From Geosiphon pyriformis uo1 (taxonomy: Eukaryota; Fungi; Glomeromycota), in NCBI GenBank assembly GCA_016748015.1, contig JAAOMT010000434.1, forward strand, positions 9,023 to 20,124: 11,102 bases of DNA, given 5' to 3'. The notes under the pieces were generated by a model. It saw only the letters and a list, made by a program, of their open reading frames with translations. It was not told where the DNA came from and searched no databases. The position numbers were made by a program, and so were the translations under genes. Below, piece after piece: positions 9,565-11,102 of the stretch. Numbering within the stretch: position 1 is the stretch's first letter; each line of letters starts with the position of its first letter.

Positions 9565-10087
9565 GCCTTGACGAACAGACTTTAAACACATTTCATTTTC
9601 TCTGTTTACTTACAACCCGGTTTAGGGGCTTCCGCTTCAATCTATTGGACCCTAATCCGTACCTAACCAACATCTACTATATCATATTTTCAAAATGAGT
9701 CCGGCGTCATTTATCCAGTGACTGTATTCAACGCAGCTATTGCCATATACATTCTAGTAACTTTTTTTCAGCGGTGTTGTTTGCAATTTCCGATATTTTC
9801 GATATTTCCAAAATTTTTGGTGCTATTGGACTATTTCATAATGCCCCAGAGTTGACGATTTCGTTGCTATTATTTAATGGCGGGAGAATTATGTCAAATC
9901 ATGATTATTTGCTGATATTTAGTTATACATTTTCGGTTACAAGTGCCCTATCATTTTTTTAAGTGGCCATTAGATGCGTTGTTTTTGAAATCTCAAGGTT
10001 GGTTTTCCAATTTATCTTGAGAATGGTTAAAATTTAAATCTTGAATTATTCAAATTATTACTTTGACATTTATATTCACCATTCCCT

Positions 10088-10139
10088 CATTCAATCAATC
10101 AATCAATCAATCATTCATTCATTGATTAATTAATTAATT
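10088..10139. repeat. Compound tetranucleotide microsatellite (CAAT)n(CATT)n(TAAT)n inside intron 9998-10142
   Basis: Directly visible, immediately upstream of the CAG acceptor at 10140-10142. Confidence 0.9.
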
Positions 10140-10318
10140 CAGGGCTCATCTTTTGACGACAATTTAAAAGACCACGAAAATGATTCATTGCATGAGCAAG
10201 TAACACTTTTACCGAAAACGGTTCAACATTCACGTTAGTTATGGATTTTTTGGATTGCAAGCGTTTTCCATATCGCTGGTAATTTAGTAGTTACTCTGTT
10301 ACCTCAAGTTCCCGCCGG

Positions 10319-10390
10319 GTGAGTAATCTCCAAAGATTTTGATTTCTAAATTTTTGAACAATTTTAAAAAATCCACTTAATTTATTTCAG
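10319..10390 (+). other. Spliceosomal intron (GTGAGT...TTTCAG)
   Basis: Consensus donor and acceptor with an AT-rich interior. Splicing preserves the frame (GG|A). Confidence 0.7.
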
Positions 10391-11102
10391 AACGTTCACT
10401 CTCGACTTGACATACACCATTTCTTTCTCACTTTAAATATATTATATCTACTTGGATTCACAAAAACGAATATACATTCCCAAAAAACGGTCGTCCCGAA
10501 CATTGACTATTTTATTTTGGTCCCTGTTTCTTTCATTGTTGACCACTCGGTTCAATTGGTGGATGATCGAAAGGTGAAAAAGTTTTTGCTTAGTTTCTTG
10601 TCACAATAGATATCTCAGTTGTACAAAGTAGTTTTTTAGTAAAGTAAAAAGTATTTCAAAAGCCTAAACTTCTTAATCTTGTTCAAAATGTAAAATTTTG
10701 GTTTTATAGGATTTTGTAATTAACAAATACTTTTTTCTTTTAAATAAATTCATTTCTTAAGAAATTTTATTAAAATTAGCAATATATATTTTTATTATTA
10801 TTATCTTTGTTAGAATTGAAAATTATTATATTAAGGTTTACTTAACAAATATTTTCAATGTGTCATTCAGTTTTTAATTAATCAAATATAAATAATTTAA
10901 ATTATTAAAATACTGTAAAGATACTATTTTAATTGTATTTACTTTAACATAAATTTCTAATTTTTTCATTTTATTAATTATAATATTCAATATAAAAAAA
11001 AATCTTGTTTGATTAAAAAACAAAGTTAAAAATAGAAAATTGTGTAAGTTTAAATATATTTTTGAATTCGTTTGTTTTTTAAGAAAGATACTTTATTTGA
11101 AG

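Larger units (their letters stand above)
9311..10577 (+). pseudogene. Disrupted multi-pass membrane protein gene resembling the transmembrane region of CWH43/PGAP2-interacting protein
   Basis: Exon-like blocks 9311-9478, 9565-9997, 10143-10318 and 10391-10577 are separated by GT-AG introns. Segments LPPRNYEFYPVLVSLGAIIGVL, GLGASASIYWTLIRT*PTSTIS..YPV..NAAIAIYIL, FHIAGNLVVTLLPQVPAG and SLFLSLLTTRF are colinear with remembered fungal Cwh43 motifs (ERNGGYNKT, GFGSLLF..LLTDSST, AYAFVPxG, LLSLTARF). In-frame stops at 9583, 9664, 10236 and 10434, and frameshifts at the T runs 9762-9768 and 9954-9960. The pseudogene call is more secure than the family call. Confidence 0.5.

Noticed and set aside
9659-10238. 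Intact MFS transporter model using an intron at 9659-9771 and ending in EQVTLL..TAG at 10238
   Set aside because: The model still has the stop at 9583 and a phase conflict at intron 9998-10142. Coding-like sequence continues past 10238 through a canonical intron. It is not fully excluded as a family assignment.
788-10577. Alternative genetic code with TAA/TAG=Gln and TGA=Trp (ciliate or karyorelict-like), suggested by stops falling at Gln/Trp positions
   Set aside because: Recoding does not remove the many frameshifts. TAA/TAG also replace expected Trp (e.g. 2270, 7463). The accompanying E>K, D>N and P>L/S changes show transition decay under the standard code.
1-11102. CRISPR array, tRNA/rRNA genes, prokaryotic operon or defence system
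   Set aside because: There is no regularly spaced repeat-spacer pattern, no cloverleaf or rRNA-like segment, and the architecture is eukaryotic.

Overview
This is very AT-rich eukaryotic genomic DNA with GT-AG introns and microsatellites. I found no intact gene; the ORF-track entries are fragments or antisense shadows of decayed sequences. The families present point to a glomeromycotan (arbuscular-mycorrhizal-type) fungus, most reminiscent of Geosiphon pyriformis; this is recalled resemblance, not a search result. From left to right: (1) a complete 2.26-kb retroelement (811-3068, +) with a poly(A) tail and a 10-bp target-site duplication, encoding only a decayed ~700-aa Gag/ORF1-like protein (RRM-like repeats plus CCHC knuckle) and no reverse transcriptase; (2) a pseudogene of a Crinkler-associated PD-(D/E)xK nuclease-fold protein (-); (3) a possible HMG-box remnant (-); (4) two 5'-truncated class 3 lipase pseudogenes joined head-to-head; (5) a disrupted multi-exon membrane-protein gene resembling the CWH43/PGAP2IP transmembrane region (+). 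The retroelement and the nuclease pseudogene are almost CpG-free and carry directional G:C->A:T damage, while the membrane-protein pseudogene keeps its CpGs.
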